Shown piece after piece: positions 9,962 to 19,977 of a DNA stretch of 64,000 bases. Each line of letters begins with the position of its first letter. The first letter of the stretch is position 1. This DNA is from a virus (taxonomy: Duplodnaviria > Caudoviricetes): the IMG/VR virus record IMGVR_UViG_2545824688_000002, positions 1-64,000 of that record; one strand, 5' to 3'. Under the pieces are notes generated by a model. The model was not told the origin of the DNA, did no database searches, and saw only the letters and a list, made by a program, of their open reading frames with translations. Position numbers and translations under genes: made by a program.

Positions 9962-9978
9962 TTCGCTCACTCCGTTTA

Positions 9979-10024
9979 CGAACGTTTGTTCTTATATTAT
10001 GCGCTCGCCGAACGAAAATATCAA
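9979..10024 (-). promoter_or_regulatory. SigA-type promoter with LexA (Cheo) box
   Basis: TTGATA-17-CATAAT on the minus strand; CGAACGTTTGTTCT at 9979-9992 matches GAAC-N4-GTTC. Confidence 0.8.
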
Positions 10025-10114
10025 GCCGGTACCGTCTTCCTGAGACAAAAAAAAATAACGCCCCGGTAACGTGGTCACTCTATTGCGGAGTGATTGCGCT
10101 GCCGGGGCGTTCGT

Positions 10115-10303
10115 TTATTCCGTTTTCCCTTCCGAGCCAGCGCCGCTATACACGCCGACACCGATCAACACGTAAGACAGTGCGTCGACTACGAACTGCC
10201 ACGATTGGTTATCGATTGCCAGACCGTAAGTCTCCGTCAGAATACGATAGGCGAGCGCGGCCATACCAGCAATCACCCAGGGCTTTTTCAAACGTTCCAA
10301 CAT
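10115..10303 (-). CDS. Small two-TM membrane protein, holin-like
   Basis: Two hydrophobic segments; follows the amidase; GGAGG RBS. Confidence 0.55.
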   Translation of the reverse strand: MLERLKKPWVIAGMAALAYRILTETYGLAIDNQSWQFVVDALSYVLIGVGVYSGAGSEGKTE

Positions 10304-10327
10304 CGTATCATCCTCCGTTCGTTTTCG

Positions 10328-11041
10328 TTAGGATCGCGGGATTCCCGCCGCATCCCGTAGCGCATTCGCGGCAAGGTGCGCCGCCTCTCGTACTTGCGCG
10401 TTATCTGACGCCATGTACAGCGCGCCAAGTACCGCGATTACCTTTTCGGCAGCCTCCCGGTCCGTTTTCGGCACGGTCACCGCCTCCTTCCGTTTGAGTC
10501 CGTAAGTCTTGACGAGCCCGTCCACGATTGCCTGCGCCACTTTATCACGGTAGGACTCCGCCTTCAACAGTTCGCACTCTTCGCGATTCGTCATGAATCC
10601 GCACTCGACCAGGATCGCGGTCATCGCCGTTTCGCGCAGGACGTGGAAGTCTGCCGTCTTTACGCCGCGATCTCGCCGTTTGGTGCCGTCAATTAACGCG
10701 GCGTGGACATTGGTCGCGAGCTTACGTGTTTCTGCGTTTTCTGACGGATAGACGAACGTCTCGATGCCGTTCGCGTCGCTCCAAGCGCTGCCAGATGCGT
10801 TTGCGTGAATTGAAACGTAGGCGTCCGCTTTCCATTTATTCGCACGATCCGTACGTTCCTTTAACGGGACATCACGTCCTTGCTCGTGAACTTCGAGTGT
10901 AATAACGGATTCGTATGCGGACAGCAGCGCGACCACCCGTTTGGCGACCGATGAGTTGAAGTGGAACTCGCGCAAGGAATCGTCGGGCGAGCGCTTGCCG
11001 GGCGTGTCGGGTCCGTGGCCTGCGTCAATGGCAATCCGCAT
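10328..11041 (-). CDS. Endolysin, N-acetylmuramoyl-L-alanine amidase (Amidase_3)
   Basis: IAIDAGHG, E, SIHANA, AILVECGFMTN. Confidence 0.93.
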   Translation of the reverse strand: MRIAIDAGHGPDTPGKRSPDDSLREFHFNSSVAKRVVALLSAYESVITLEVHEQGRDVPLKERTDRANKWKADAYVSIHANASGSAWSDANGIETFVYPSENAETRKLATNVHAALIDGTKRRDRGVKTADFHVLRETAMTAILVECGFMTNREECELLKAESYRDKVAQAIVDGLVKTYGLKRKEAVTVPKTDREAAEKVIAVLGALYMASDNAQVREAAHLAANALRDAAGIPRS

Positions 11042-11235
11042 TACTTTCGCCACCTTTCTTCGAGTTTATCGAGGCGGTCGACGATCAAATCGTACTTCTC
11101 CGAGAACTTATCGAGGACTTCGTGCAGGCGCGTCTCTCGCTCTCGGCTCTCCTTTTTCGTTGTGACGAGTAACCAAACGAAAAGGACCGCGAACGGTCCT
11201 TGTGTTAGAAAGTATTTAAGAACATCGAGTTCCAT
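11041..11235 (-). CDS. BhlA/UviB-family holin
   Basis: TQGPFAVLFVWLL...ESRERE motif. Confidence 0.88.
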   Translation of the reverse strand: MELDVLKYFLTQGPFAVLFVWLLVTTKKESRERETRLHEVLDKFSEKYDLIVDRLDKLEERWRK

Positions 11236-11255
11236 CGAGTACCTCCGAAAATAAA

Positions 11256-11489
11256 CTAAGCGCCCGGAATGAGCGCGACCGTATCGTCATATTCCGTTTG
11301 GTTCACGTACCCGAATGCGAGCGCATTGTCGATCTGCGGACGCGAAAACGTAGTGGCGGCATGTGCCTTAACGGGATCGTGATAGGCCGCAGGGATTCCG
11401 TTGAATCCGTCGCGTGCCGTGAATCGTTCGGTGCCGTACAGATAGATGTTACGCGCGTAGATGCGTACCAACGTGTTATTTACCGTCAT
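11256..11489 (-). CDS. Hypothetical tail/lysis-region protein
   Basis: AAAGGAG RBS; co-oriented within the late operon. Confidence 0.6.
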   Translation of the reverse strand: MTVNNTLVRIYARNIYLYGTERFTARDGFNGIPAAYHDPVKAHAATTFSRPQIDNALAFGYVNQTEYDDTVALIPGA

Positions 11490-11509
11490 GTTATCGTCTC
11501 CTTTCGTTA

Positions 11510-11899
11510 TTAAGCGCCGAATACGTGCTCCGCGATGTCCTGTAGGTCGCGGTTGGTGGCGGCGAGTTGCTCGCGGAGTTCCGCGTTTTCTTCCGCAAGA
11601 GATTTGCGATACACTGGCGGCTCATCTGGCTGGTTCGGGTCGGGATAACTAAACTCAAGCGTCCGGGTTTCAGGGTTGACGCGGTAACCGTTGCATTCCG
11701 CGAAGTCTTGCGCGTATTGTCCGTATTCAAGCTGGATATAATCAACGGTATCGCGGGTACGCTCTGCAAGGGCTGCGTAGCTTGCGAAGTCTTCGTCAAC
11801 GGTAGTTTCTCGGACGAAACCGAGACGTTCGCCAGTGTCGATGATTACATTCCCCGTTGATTTTTCGTAATAAATTCTTCGTCCGACTCCATTTTCCAT
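11510..11899 (-). CDS. Putative tail-fibre assembly protein
   Basis: RRIYYEKSTGNVIIDTGE N-terminus and C-terminal coiled coil; position after the fibre genes. Confidence 0.55.
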   Translation of the reverse strand: MENGVGRRIYYEKSTGNVIIDTGERLGFVRETTVDEDFASYAALAERTRDTVDYIQLEYGQYAQDFAECNGYRVNPETRTLEFSYPDPNQPDEPPVYRKSLAEENAELREQLAATNRDLQDIAEHVFGA

Positions 11900-11912
11900 A
11901 CATCTTACCTCC

Positions 11913-12767
11913 CTATTCAAAAGCAGCCCAATAGAACAGTGCAGACCTTTGCGAAGTATCAAAAACACACGTAAATCCGGTATCACTTAGTGTAAAAGGT
12001 GGTGGTCCTGTGTAGACGCCCTCCCCGGAATAATACCGTTGATTAACCCCTCCACCGTCTATATAAGAGGACGCTGCGTATACTGCCATCGGGTTTCTGT
12101 ACTGCCCGTCCTTATGGACAATGATTAATTTTGGTCGAAATGTTAGCCCACTTACCTCTACTGCGCTAGAATAACTGGTCGTTGTGTAAGAACCCGTCGC
12201 GGTTTTTTTAGGGACGGGAGCCGTCCCCAATACACCAAAAAGGGTTATCCCATTAACGATGTTTGCCGCCAAGAGGTTTGAGTCTCCTTTTATGGTAATA
12301 GCGCTCGAATAATAGCCAGCGGCTTTTGTCTGGTCCGTCCTGCCAGGCATAACCGTACCTCCGACTCCTCGATCCTGTATGGTTCCCGTCACCTTTCCGC
12401 CCTTTATATAGGCCGTTTTTGGGGCGAGAATATCTGCCGCGGTAGCCGTAGCATCGGATGTGTCTGTGCCTGACGGGATTTGCCCGATTTTCGTTGCGAG
12501 TTGCGTAAACGTATCGCTACCGCTCGCGGCTACTCCCTTGTCAGTAACGGCGCGAGCGATCTCATTTTTTCCGCTACTGACAGAGGACTTTAAACCTTCC
12601 AACGCCGCCTTTACGTTTGTCTCTGTAAATTGCGGACTAGATAACGCGATGTCTTCCGCTTTCAAGGCGTCCAACCGCTCAAAGTTTTCGTTTATCTCCG
12701 GTCGGCTTACGCGGTCAGAACCGGACCATACGTTTAGGCCAAGGGTTGGTGTTTTCCCACTAGCCAT
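11913..12767 (-). CDS. Tail fibre / receptor-binding protein
   Basis: TPTLGL...INENFERLD N-terminus, DATATAADIL segment, VSGLTFRPK. Confidence 0.7.
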   Translation of the reverse strand: MASGKTPTLGLNVWSGSDRVSRPEINENFERLDALKAEDIALSSPQFTETNVKAALEGLKSSVSSGKNEIARAVTDKGVAASGSDTFTQLATKIGQIPSGTDTSDATATAADILAPKTAYIKGGKVTGTIQDRGVGGTVMPGRTDQTKAAGYYSSAITIKGDSNLLAANIVNGITLFGVLGTAPVPKKTATGSYTTTSYSSAVEVSGLTFRPKLIIVHKDGQYRNPMAVYAASSYIDGGGVNQRYYSGEGVYTGPPPFTLSDTGFTCVFDTSQRSALFYWAAFE

Positions 12768-12780
12768 TATACTCCTCCTC

Positions 12781-13419
12781 TCAGTATAGCACCTTCCATG
12801 CAGAGCCAGGGTACGATATTTTATAACTGTCGATTACTTTGAAACCATCGTTCGTAATTAAAATGCCACCTGAAATTCCATATATGGGTGCTGAAACATC
12901 CGGGCCTCGTGTAGTCGTACCCGAAAGATACCTCTCAAGCCAAACAAGTTTCGGTTTTGCAGGCAAGCCCGTAACGGAAGGGAAGGTATCTCCATTTGCC
13001 CCCTTAAACGAACCTTCTATCATTTTGTAATCAGTTGATATGTTAGCTACCTTATCAACAAGGCTTGACAAGGACTCAGAACCACTTGCAGACTGCCCCT
13101 TACCTACGAGATTGGTAGCTAGTTGATCCTTTGCATTCTGAATTTTTTGCGTCAGTTGTGCAAAAGTATCACTCAGTAAAGCCGGAGGGCCGATAACGGT
13201 CACAATCGACTTTTTTCCGCTATCGGCATACGTAAAAAGTTCTTTCATTCCACCCTCGACATCCGTAGCTTTGAAGAGGTTGTCTTTATCCGCTAATTTG
13301 ATGTTTGCCGCCATTGCTAGTTCATCAATTTTGTCGTAGTTTTCATTAATCACGGTTATATCCGCAACCTCTGTCGGTAGCGGCTTTTTTAACCCGAGTC
13401 GCGGCGTAAGGTTAGGCAT
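12781..13419 (-). CDS. Tail fibre-like protein (paralogous N-terminus)
   Basis: TPRLGLKKP...INENYDKID; SGK...SDTF.QL shared with the neighbouring gene. Confidence 0.65.
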   Translation of the reverse strand: MPNLTPRLGLKKPLPTEVADITVINENYDKIDELAMAANIKLADKDNLFKATDVEGGMKELFTYADSGKKSIVTVIGPPALLSDTFAQLTQKIQNAKDQLATNLVGKGQSASGSESLSSLVDKVANISTDYKMIEGSFKGANGDTFPSVTGLPAKPKLVWLERYLSGTTTRGPDVSAPIYGISGGILITNDGFKVIDSYKISYPGSAWKVLY

Positions 13420-14071
13420 TCCATAATCCTCCTTTTACGTCTCCCCACGTATAATTCGCGAGATTCCCCCACGTTGTTTTCCGAACGTCCTGCCACAACG
13501 AGTATTCGTTCGTAAACTCCACGCCAATGTGCGCCGGAATGATTTCGAGCACGGCCGCCTTTGCAGATTCGTAGTTCGGAGGAATCCCCACGTTGCTGAC
13601 GAATTTAATCGTGATCGCGTACCGGTCGTTATGTTCCGTAATCTCCACGGTCCCGTTCGTATACGACTCGACCACACTTTTTACCATCGCTTTTGTTGCT
13701 GTTCCCGTTCCGCGCATTCTCGCCTTGATCGCGGAGCGACGGTCGACGTCAGGCTGCCTCACAAATGGCGCAATGTCCAATTCGTCCCACGTATATTTTT
13801 CGAGATCATCGAACGTTGCGACGTTTGCTTCCAGCACGTCCCACGTCAACGGAGCGTACTTGTTCTGCGTTAGGCCGAAGATCGCCTCCCACCGATCAAG
13901 CGACCACGTAGCTGTCTCAGGCGAATACTGATCGGTCACGTCCCGGATCGCCGCGTGCAGTCGTTCGAACTCCGCCGCCTCAACGTTCATCAGATTCGAG
14001 ACCGCCACGGACTCGGCGTAATAATCCGGCAGGTAATCGTGCATATCCCGTCGAATATCGCGCTCCATCAC
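13412..14071 (-). CDS. XkdU/YmfQ (DUF2313) baseplate wedge protein
   Basis: YLPDYY, TATWSLDRWE, IIPAH. Confidence 0.85.
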   Translation of the reverse strand: MMERDIRRDMHDYLPDYYAESVAVSNLMNVEAAEFERLHAAIRDVTDQYSPETATWSLDRWEAIFGLTQNKYAPLTWDVLEANVATFDDLEKYTWDELDIAPFVRQPDVDRRSAIKARMRGTGTATKAMVKSVVESYTNGTVEITEHNDRYAITIKFVSNVGIPPNYESAKAAVLEIIPAHIGVEFTNEYSLWQDVRKTTWGNLANYTWGDVKGGLWNA

Positions 14072-15123
14072 GTAAACGTCACCGTCCCTATGATCGCGAC
14101 CGAGCCGTCAGGAACCGTTAGGTTTCCGGTGCTGCCGTTCACCTGAAGGTTCGCGTAGTCGATCACGCCGTCCACGTCGAGAATCATGTTCGCGATCCGA
14201 GATATACGGATGACCGACTCCTTAAACGCTATGGCCGTCAGGTAAGCGGACAAGCTCGCCTGTACTGCGCTCGTCACCGTAGCAATAGAGGTTCCGGGCT
14301 TGAGCGTGAGCGTCGCGGTTACGTTGATCTGCAGCTCGGTCGCAGCCGCAACCGTTACTGTAGCGCCAATGGGTCGGACGGCCTCGATATGGGCTGCGAC
14401 CTCCGCCACTTTCGCCGGGGTGGGCGCGCGCTTGTTGCCGTCAATGACAACGACCTTGACCGTCCCGTTTCCGTTCCATAACGGATAGACGCGGGCCTCT
14501 CCGATTCCGGCGACCTCCATCGCCCACGCACGGTAATGGTTCGCGTTGCCTGACGTGATCGGACGGCGGGCGCGGTCGAAATAGCGTTCGCGGAGTGCTT
14601 CGTCAGTCTCTTCGTCAACACCGCCAGCAAACGGTTTTTCGTTGGTCACCGCCGTTACTCCGGTCAGGTTGCCGGTCGTCAGTTTGATCGCGCCAGCCGC
14701 TACATTTCCGTTCTTGCCGCCGACCTTGGCCTCCGCCGCCACCGTTGCTTTTCCGTTCATGATCGTCACCGCCGCTTTTGTGACGAAATAGATCGGTTCG
14801 AGACTGTCCGTCCACACTTCGGTTCCTGCGTCAATGACCGAGCCGTCCACGCCTGAGAACGTGACTTCGCCGGTCGCTTTTACGGCAGGCTTCCGATCAA
14901 GTCCGAGGGCGGCCGCAACGCGGTCGAGGTATTCGCCGGTCGCGGTGTCCGGCATTCCCCTGTCGAGCGTCACGTCCAGTTCCATGTACGCGGTCTCAAA
15001 CTCGACTGCGGCAGGTCCCGTCAAGTCGTATGTGACCGAGCCGGGCCGCTTGTCGATGTCGTCGGGCGTTGCGTCGAGCATTCGTTGGTGGACCGCTTCT
15101 TTCGTTTCGTTTTCGTAGGCCAC
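14068..15123 (-). CDS. Baseplate J / XkdT
   Basis: TATGEYLD, GGVDEETDEALRER, SGNANHY, PLWNGNGTVKV. Confidence 0.92.
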   Translation of the reverse strand: MAYENETKEAVHQRMLDATPDDIDKRPGSVTYDLTGPAAVEFETAYMELDVTLDRGMPDTATGEYLDRVAAALGLDRKPAVKATGEVTFSGVDGSVIDAGTEVWTDSLEPIYFVTKAAVTIMNGKATVAAEAKVGGKNGNVAAGAIKLTTGNLTGVTAVTNEKPFAGGVDEETDEALRERYFDRARRPITSGNANHYRAWAMEVAGIGEARVYPLWNGNGTVKVVVIDGNKRAPTPAKVAEVAAHIEAVRPIGATVTVAAATELQINVTATLTLKPGTSIATVTSAVQASLSAYLTAIAFKESVIRISRIANMILDVDGVIDYANLQVNGSTGNLTVPDGSVAIIGTVTFT

Positions 15124-15125
15124 GT

Positions 15126-15542
15126 TTAGATCGTCACCTCCTCGCGAATTGTTCCTTCGGTCGTATCAACGAAAAAAGAGACGTACAGGCCGTCTCCTTC
15201 GCGTGTAATTGTGAAGTTGTATACGTCGGCAATCCGGTCATCTATCAGAAGGGCCTCCGATATGACGCGTGGGATTTCCGCGTTCAGCAACTCTATCGGC
15301 AAGTCCTGGCCGATCAGGTCTTCGAGGTCACATCCGTATAGGTGCTCGTGACCGTAAATTAGATACCGGAATCGCGCCGTTACTATCGCTTTGCGAATGG
15401 CCTGCCGGAGTGCCGCCTCGCCATCGATCATGCCGCCAAACTCGCCCGTCTCGAAATTGTACTCGTACGTCCGGGAGGGCTGCGGAGTTGGTTCGATCTC
15501 AACCGCGCGGGCTTCCTGCGGCCTTAGTGGACTAAGAGCCAT
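15126..15542 (-). CDS. XkdS (DUF2634) baseplate protein
   Basis: ALRQAIRKAIVTARFRYLIY, EALLIDDRI. Confidence 0.85.
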   Translation of the reverse strand: MALSPLRPQEARAVEIEPTPQPSRTYEYNFETGEFGGMIDGEAALRQAIRKAIVTARFRYLIYGHEHLYGCDLEDLIGQDLPIELLNAEIPRVISEALLIDDRIADVYNFTITREGDGLYVSFFVDTTEGTIREEVTI

Positions 15543-15957
15543 ACTGCACCACCCTATCGAGTATGACGTACGCCTGCCCGTCGTTCATGCTCGCCACCAG
15601 CACGCGGTCGCCCGACTTGAGCACGTCCTCGAACGTCATCTCCACGTATGAGTACGTCCAGGCGAGCGAGCCGGTGCTATCGTTGTCACGCGGAAACGGA
15701 ATCGTATCACCAACGTCGCGCTCCGTGTCTTGAACGTGTTTGATCGTGACAATTCGCTTATGGCGCGTGAGGTGTTCGGCCACTACGAGGTCGTCCGCCT
15801 CGAACGTGATCCCGTCCACGTTATCGATTTTGATTCGGATGGCAGGCGGAGGGCTGACGATAGTAGCGAGTTCGAACCGGTCGAAGTCGTTGTATCCGAT
15901 CTTCTGTATGAGCTGCGCGAGCTGACTTGCGCCCGAGCCTTCGAGCCTAGTCGTCAT
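15532..15957 (-). CDS. XkdR (DUF2577) spike-like protein
   Basis: ATIVSPPP, LKSGDRVLV...GQAYVILDRV. Confidence 0.8.
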   Translation of the reverse strand: MTTRLEGSGASQLAQLIQKIGYNDFDRFELATIVSPPPAIRIKIDNVDGITFEADDLVVAEHLTRHKRIVTIKHVQDTERDVGDTIPFPRDNDSTGSLAWTYSYVEMTFEDVLKSGDRVLVASMNDGQAYVILDRVVQYGS

Positions 15958-16969
15958 CGCTCGTCCTCCTTTTCCGTTTCTTCGGTTCTGGTGGCGGCTC
16001 GTACTCCATTCTGGGCAGTTGGTCAGTAGCGCTCAACGTCAGGCTCATCATGTGATTTCCGTTCGCGAACGTGTGAGTGTCCGCTGTAACGTAAAAACCA
16101 CCGATCAATCCCGTCATTGACTCACGGGCATAGATCGCGGTGCCCGCCGTCACTTCCGCGTTGCCCAGCGCGTCCACTTGCGCGTTGTCATCGATTGTGC
16201 CGAGCTCGACGAGTAGCTGTTTCGCGCGCTGTTCGATCTGCGAACGGGTCATATCTGAGTCCACGCGCTCTAAGTGTTGCGTGACGCCGAACCGTTTGAT
16301 TAACGCGTCGTCTTTGACCGTTGCGACAATCGGCTTCTTTTCGGAGTCGCCGCCGATCACCTTTACCTGCGTCCGCATGTCTTCGATAGACTGCGAATAG
16401 GCTGCGCCGGTAATGTTACGGCCGTTTTCGAGAAGCCACCGGACGAGTTGCTCCTTTCGCTCAAGCAGGTGGAGCCGCCCTTCTCGCGAGGTAATAAAAA
16501 AGCGCCGACCCGTCTGCTTTTGCGTGTAGGTCAGCGCGATCACCATCATTTCCCATAACGTTTTATCCCGGAGAATCAGCTTCGGAATCACGTACCCCGT
16601 GTCCGCTATCTCTCCGGTCGAGATCCCGAACTCGTCGCACAATTGCTTTACGATCTGGCTCGCCTTTATCTTCGTAAATTTCCGCGTATCCGTGCTACGC
16701 GTCAGATACGTGTTCTCATCGTACGCGACAACGTTCATCCGTCCGCGATGATCAATCCGGAAATCGAACACGACGCCCCGGAACAGTTCGCGCCCCTCGT
16801 AATTAAGACGGAGTTCCCGCCCGTGTTCAATCCGCCACGCCTGCGTCCGCCCGTCGACCGTATTGACGAAGGAAACGTTAAGCTTACGCGCCGCCTGCGT
16901 AATATCGCCCGACCACGTTACGCTTTCGGCAGGTAACGGCGTGCCTTCGTATAGGACTTGTACCGTCAT
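15947..16969 (-). CDS. XkdQ baseplate hub protein
   Basis: WSGDITQAARKL, LFRGVVF, AYDENTYL. Confidence 0.85.
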   Translation of the reverse strand: MTVQVLYEGTPLPAESVTWSGDITQAARKLNVSFVNTVDGRTQAWRIEHGRELRLNYEGRELFRGVVFDFRIDHRGRMNVVAYDENTYLTRSTDTRKFTKIKASQIVKQLCDEFGISTGEIADTGYVIPKLILRDKTLWEMMVIALTYTQKQTGRRFFITSREGRLHLLERKEQLVRWLLENGRNITGAAYSQSIEDMRTQVKVIGGDSEKKPIVATVKDDALIKRFGVTQHLERVDSDMTRSQIEQRAKQLLVELGTIDDNAQVDALGNAEVTAGTAIYARESMTGLIGGFYVTADTHTFANGNHMMSLTLSATDQLPRMEYEPPPEPKKRKRRTSDDD

Positions 16970-17616
16970 GCCAGCGCGAGCACCTGTCCGGGGTAGATTC
17001 GGTTCGGGTCGGGTCCGATCACCTTCGTGTTCTTTGCGTAGATGTCGCGCCAAGGCTTGCCGAACCGCAAGCCGATCTTCGTCAGGTTATCGCCAGCCTT
17101 GACGGTATAAGAGGACGGGATTTCGCGGTTGGTCGGGCGGGTGCTTTCCGATTTTACCTTCGCGGTGTCTCCGAGGACTTCAACCGTTTTCGTATCAATG
17201 AACACGTACTCTTTCAGCGCGAGATCGTAATAGATGTCGCCCGGCTCTCCGCCTCTTTCCGCGTCGATATTGAACGAACGAACAGTCACCGCATAGTTGA
17301 TCGGTGTGCCCGTAATAGTCAGGCGGATAGGGCGTCGCGATTTCATCCACGTCTCAATCGTTTGGACCGCATCCCACGGAGCCGGGATCGTTTCGTATTC
17401 GCAATAGGACGAGTTGTAGTCGCGTGGAAAGAACGAGGAAAAAGAAAAGTCCCACAATTTGGCGTCACCGATAACGGTGTATTCACCTAACTGCGAGACT
17501 GTTACGTCCTCGTACGTATGGGACGATTGTATACGGATGGATTCGGGATTGACCGGGAGCTGCAAGCGTTCGGCTCCATTTCCGAACGAGAGCCAAAATT
17601 GGATTGCGTTGGGCAA
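16966..17616 (-). CDS. XkdP LysM-domain tail protein
   Basis: LQLPVNPE, SSFFP, C-terminal LysM YTVKAGDNL...PNRIYPGQVL. Confidence 0.9.
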   Translation of the reverse strand: MPNAIQFWLSFGNGAERLQLPVNPESIRIQSSHTYEDVTVSQLGEYTVIGDAKLWDFSFSSFFPRDYNSSYCEYETIPAPWDAVQTIETWMKSRRPIRLTITGTPINYAVTVRSFNIDAERGGEPGDIYYDLALKEYVFIDTKTVEVLGDTAKVKSESTRPTNREIPSSYTVKAGDNLTKIGLRFGKPWRDIYAKNTKVIGPDPNRIYPGQVLALA

Positions 17617-17631
17617 TCGCGTCACCTCCGA

Positions 17632-17952
17632 TTATTTTGATAGACCGCGTTCAGACTTCCTGCGAAGACGGTCGTTTTCGAACGTTGCTTCGACGTAACT
17701 ACCGTCCGGGTTTGTCCAAGTATATGCCGTGACAACAGTCCCGTCGCTTCTCTTATTTTCATAAAGGATTTTTCCTTTATTTCTTAGTTCCTTTGAAACT
17801 TCTTGAGCGCTCATTCCCATTCCGATATTCTTATACTCTTCATAGGTAAAAGGAGCTGTTTGTAATAGGTACGATGGAATTGTGAAGAGAACCACAACCA
17901 CGAGCGCGATTACAACAGCCCCTATTTTTGAACGAGCAAAATTTTTCAACAT
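17632..17952 (-). CDS. Membrane-anchored BLIP/DUF3862-like moron protein
   Basis: N-terminal TM; YEEYKNI.MGMS..EV and YTW.NPDGS; low GC; own TATAAT upstream. Confidence 0.6.
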   Translation of the reverse strand: MLKNFARSKIGAVVIALVVVVLFTIPSYLLQTAPFTYEEYKNIGMGMSAQEVSKELRNKGKILYENKRSDGTVVTAYTWTNPDGSYVEATFENDRLRRKSERGLSK

Positions 17953-18021
17953 GCGACCACCACCGCTCCGAGATTATATTGTCAATATTACCACATTTTG
18001 CAATGGTCGCGTAAGTGAAGG

Positions 18022-19977
18022 TTATGGGATAGTTACTTCAACCAGCTTTCTAACAAAGCCGTCCATTAACCTGTCAATTACCTTCTCGTCATTCAGGTCG
18101 CCTCCGGCTGCATTGACTACGAAGGTGTTACCTGAAATGGTAACTCCTCCTCTACCACTGCCACTGGAGTAATCCTTGTTCTCCTGCGCGGTAAGAACCC
18201 GCTCTCCTTTGTGTAAACGGGCGCTGTATCCGTCACGCGGTACGTACTCAATCCCGTGATAGTGACTTTGCTTGGGACCAAAGAAGGTGTCGGCAGCCCA
18301 ATTTCGAAGATCGCTTCCAAGGTTGAAGCCAGGAACTACCGAGTTTATGGCAGCTTGCCCAAATCCGGTACTGTTAAGACCTTGACGCATTCCTTCTAGT
18401 GTAGACGCGGCTATCTTTGTTCCGATAGAAAGACCGGCCTTTGCGATAGGCGCGGAGTTATCCTCAAGGAATTTTGCAAAATCTTTCGCGACACTAGAGG
18501 CTCCGTCTTCTATCAACTGCTTACCGCTGGTATCGTACCACTCGTTAAAGCGCCCGAGAAGATTTTCCCAAAACGGAGGCGGACCATTCGGTTGGTCAAG
18601 CATCTCCATCTGACGGAACTTGAACTCGGCTTGCCCTTCGACCTTCCACGTTTTCGGATCGTTCAAATATGGGTCGAGGAACTCGCGGATACTCCTTCCG
18701 ATATCCTCGAAAGTTGCGGCAATCTGCGGACCGTACTGCTCCGCCATATCCGCGAACATGAGCGTGAGGTCCTTAATCACCGGCAATAACGGCTGCAACG
18801 CGGAAATCTGTATCGTTTCAATCGCGCCAGATAGTTGCTCGATAGCGCCTTTGGCGTTATTCATCTTTTCTTTGGCAACGTCCAGCGCGGTTACCTTCGA
18901 CATTTCCGCTTGGAATTTACGAACACCCTCAGCGCCTTCGTTAAACAAGATCGTCGCGCCACGCACGCCATCCGTTCCGAATATCTCAGCCAGCGCGTCC
19001 ATCCGCGCCTTCGGGTTCAGTTTTTCGAGGGACTTACGGAGGACGTCGGAAATTTCTGCCAGACTACGCAGTTCTCCCGTTGCGGTGTAGAACTGGTTCT
19101 GTCCCTTCTTCGTAATGATCCCGAGTTTCTGCATGAGCTCGGTGGCTTTCTTCGTTTTTGGCGAAAGGTTCATCATCATTACTTTCAACGAAGTACCTGC
19201 GTCCGACCCCTTGAGCCCGTTATTCGCGAACAAGCCGAGCGCGGTATTCGTATCCCTGAACGACTGCCCAACGCCAGACGCCACCGCCGATACCATCGCG
19301 AGAGAGTACCGGAGTTCCATAACACTAGTTGCGGACGCGTTCGCTGTTCCTGCGAGAATGTCCGATGCCTCCGCTGCTGTCATGGCGTCCCGCTTGTAGG
19401 CGTTAAGCGCGGTCGACATGATTTCGGCAGCGTCCGCAAGGCCGAGCCCGCCCGCTGTTGCGAGATTGAGCGCCGCCTCAAGACCGCCAGCTTCGACAGC
19501 CGCCGGAGAAAGACCGGCTTTCAGGAGTTCCTCGATGCCCTGCGCGGCCTCAAGCGCGGAGTATTTCGTGTCTCCACCCATCTTGATCGCGAGGTCGTTC
19601 ATACGCTTCATTTCTTCGTTAGACGCGCCCGTTAACGCTTTGATCGTGGACATTTGCTCCTCGAAGTCCATCGCTTTCTTGAGCGAACTGTACGCGAAAC
19701 CTACCGTTGCTGCCCCAACTGCAAGTCCGCCCAGGAACCCCTTTACCCGATTAAGACTGCCGCCAAGTAAATCGAACGATTGCGCCACTTTTTTATTTTC
19801 GCTTATAAAACGTCCGTTCTCATCACGCAGCCGTCCGTTAGCGTCCCGATACGCGTTTGTTGCCCTGGTAACTCGATTGACTGCGTCATCCGTCCGTCTA
19901 AAGCTATCGGTAACACGACGGAGTGGCGAAGTCATATTGTCGACCAGCCGTAGCCGCGCCGTTAAATCATACGCCAT
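18022..19977 (-). CDS. Tail tape measure protein (TP901 family)
   Basis: TKYSALEAAQG, GLKGSDAGTSL, C-terminal LHKGERVLT. Confidence 0.92.
   Translation of the reverse strand: MAYDLTARLRLVDNMTSPLRRVTDSFRRTDDAVNRVTRATNAYRDANGRLRDENGRFISENKKVAQSFDLLGGSLNRVKGFLGGLAVGAATVGFAYSSLKKAMDFEEQMSTIKALTGASNEEMKRMNDLAIKMGGDTKYSALEAAQGIEELLKAGLSPAAVEAGGLEAALNLATAGGLGLADAAEIMSTALNAYKRDAMTAAEASDILAGTANASATSVMELRYSLAMVSAVASGVGQSFRDTNTALGLFANNGLKGSDAGTSLKVMMMNLSPKTKKATELMQKLGIITKKGQNQFYTATGELRSLAEISDVLRKSLEKLNPKARMDALAEIFGTDGVRGATILFNEGAEGVRKFQAEMSKVTALDVAKEKMNNAKGAIEQLSGAIETIQISALQPLLPVIKDLTLMFADMAEQYGPQIAATFEDIGRSIREFLDPYLNDPKTWKVEGQAEFKFRQMEMLDQPNGPPPFWENLLGRFNEWYDTSGKQLIEDGASSVAKDFAKFLEDNSAPIAKAGLSIGTKIAASTLEGMRQGLNSTGFGQAAINSVVPGFNLGSDLRNWAADTFFGPKQSHYHGIEYVPRDGYSARLHKGERVLTAQENKDYSSGSGRGGVTISGNTFVVNAAGGDLNDEKVIDRLMDGFVRKLVEVTIP

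Noticed and set aside
11913-13419. Diversity-generating retroelement or invertible fibre cassette
   Set aside because: No reverse transcriptase, TR/VR pair or invertase seen in the window
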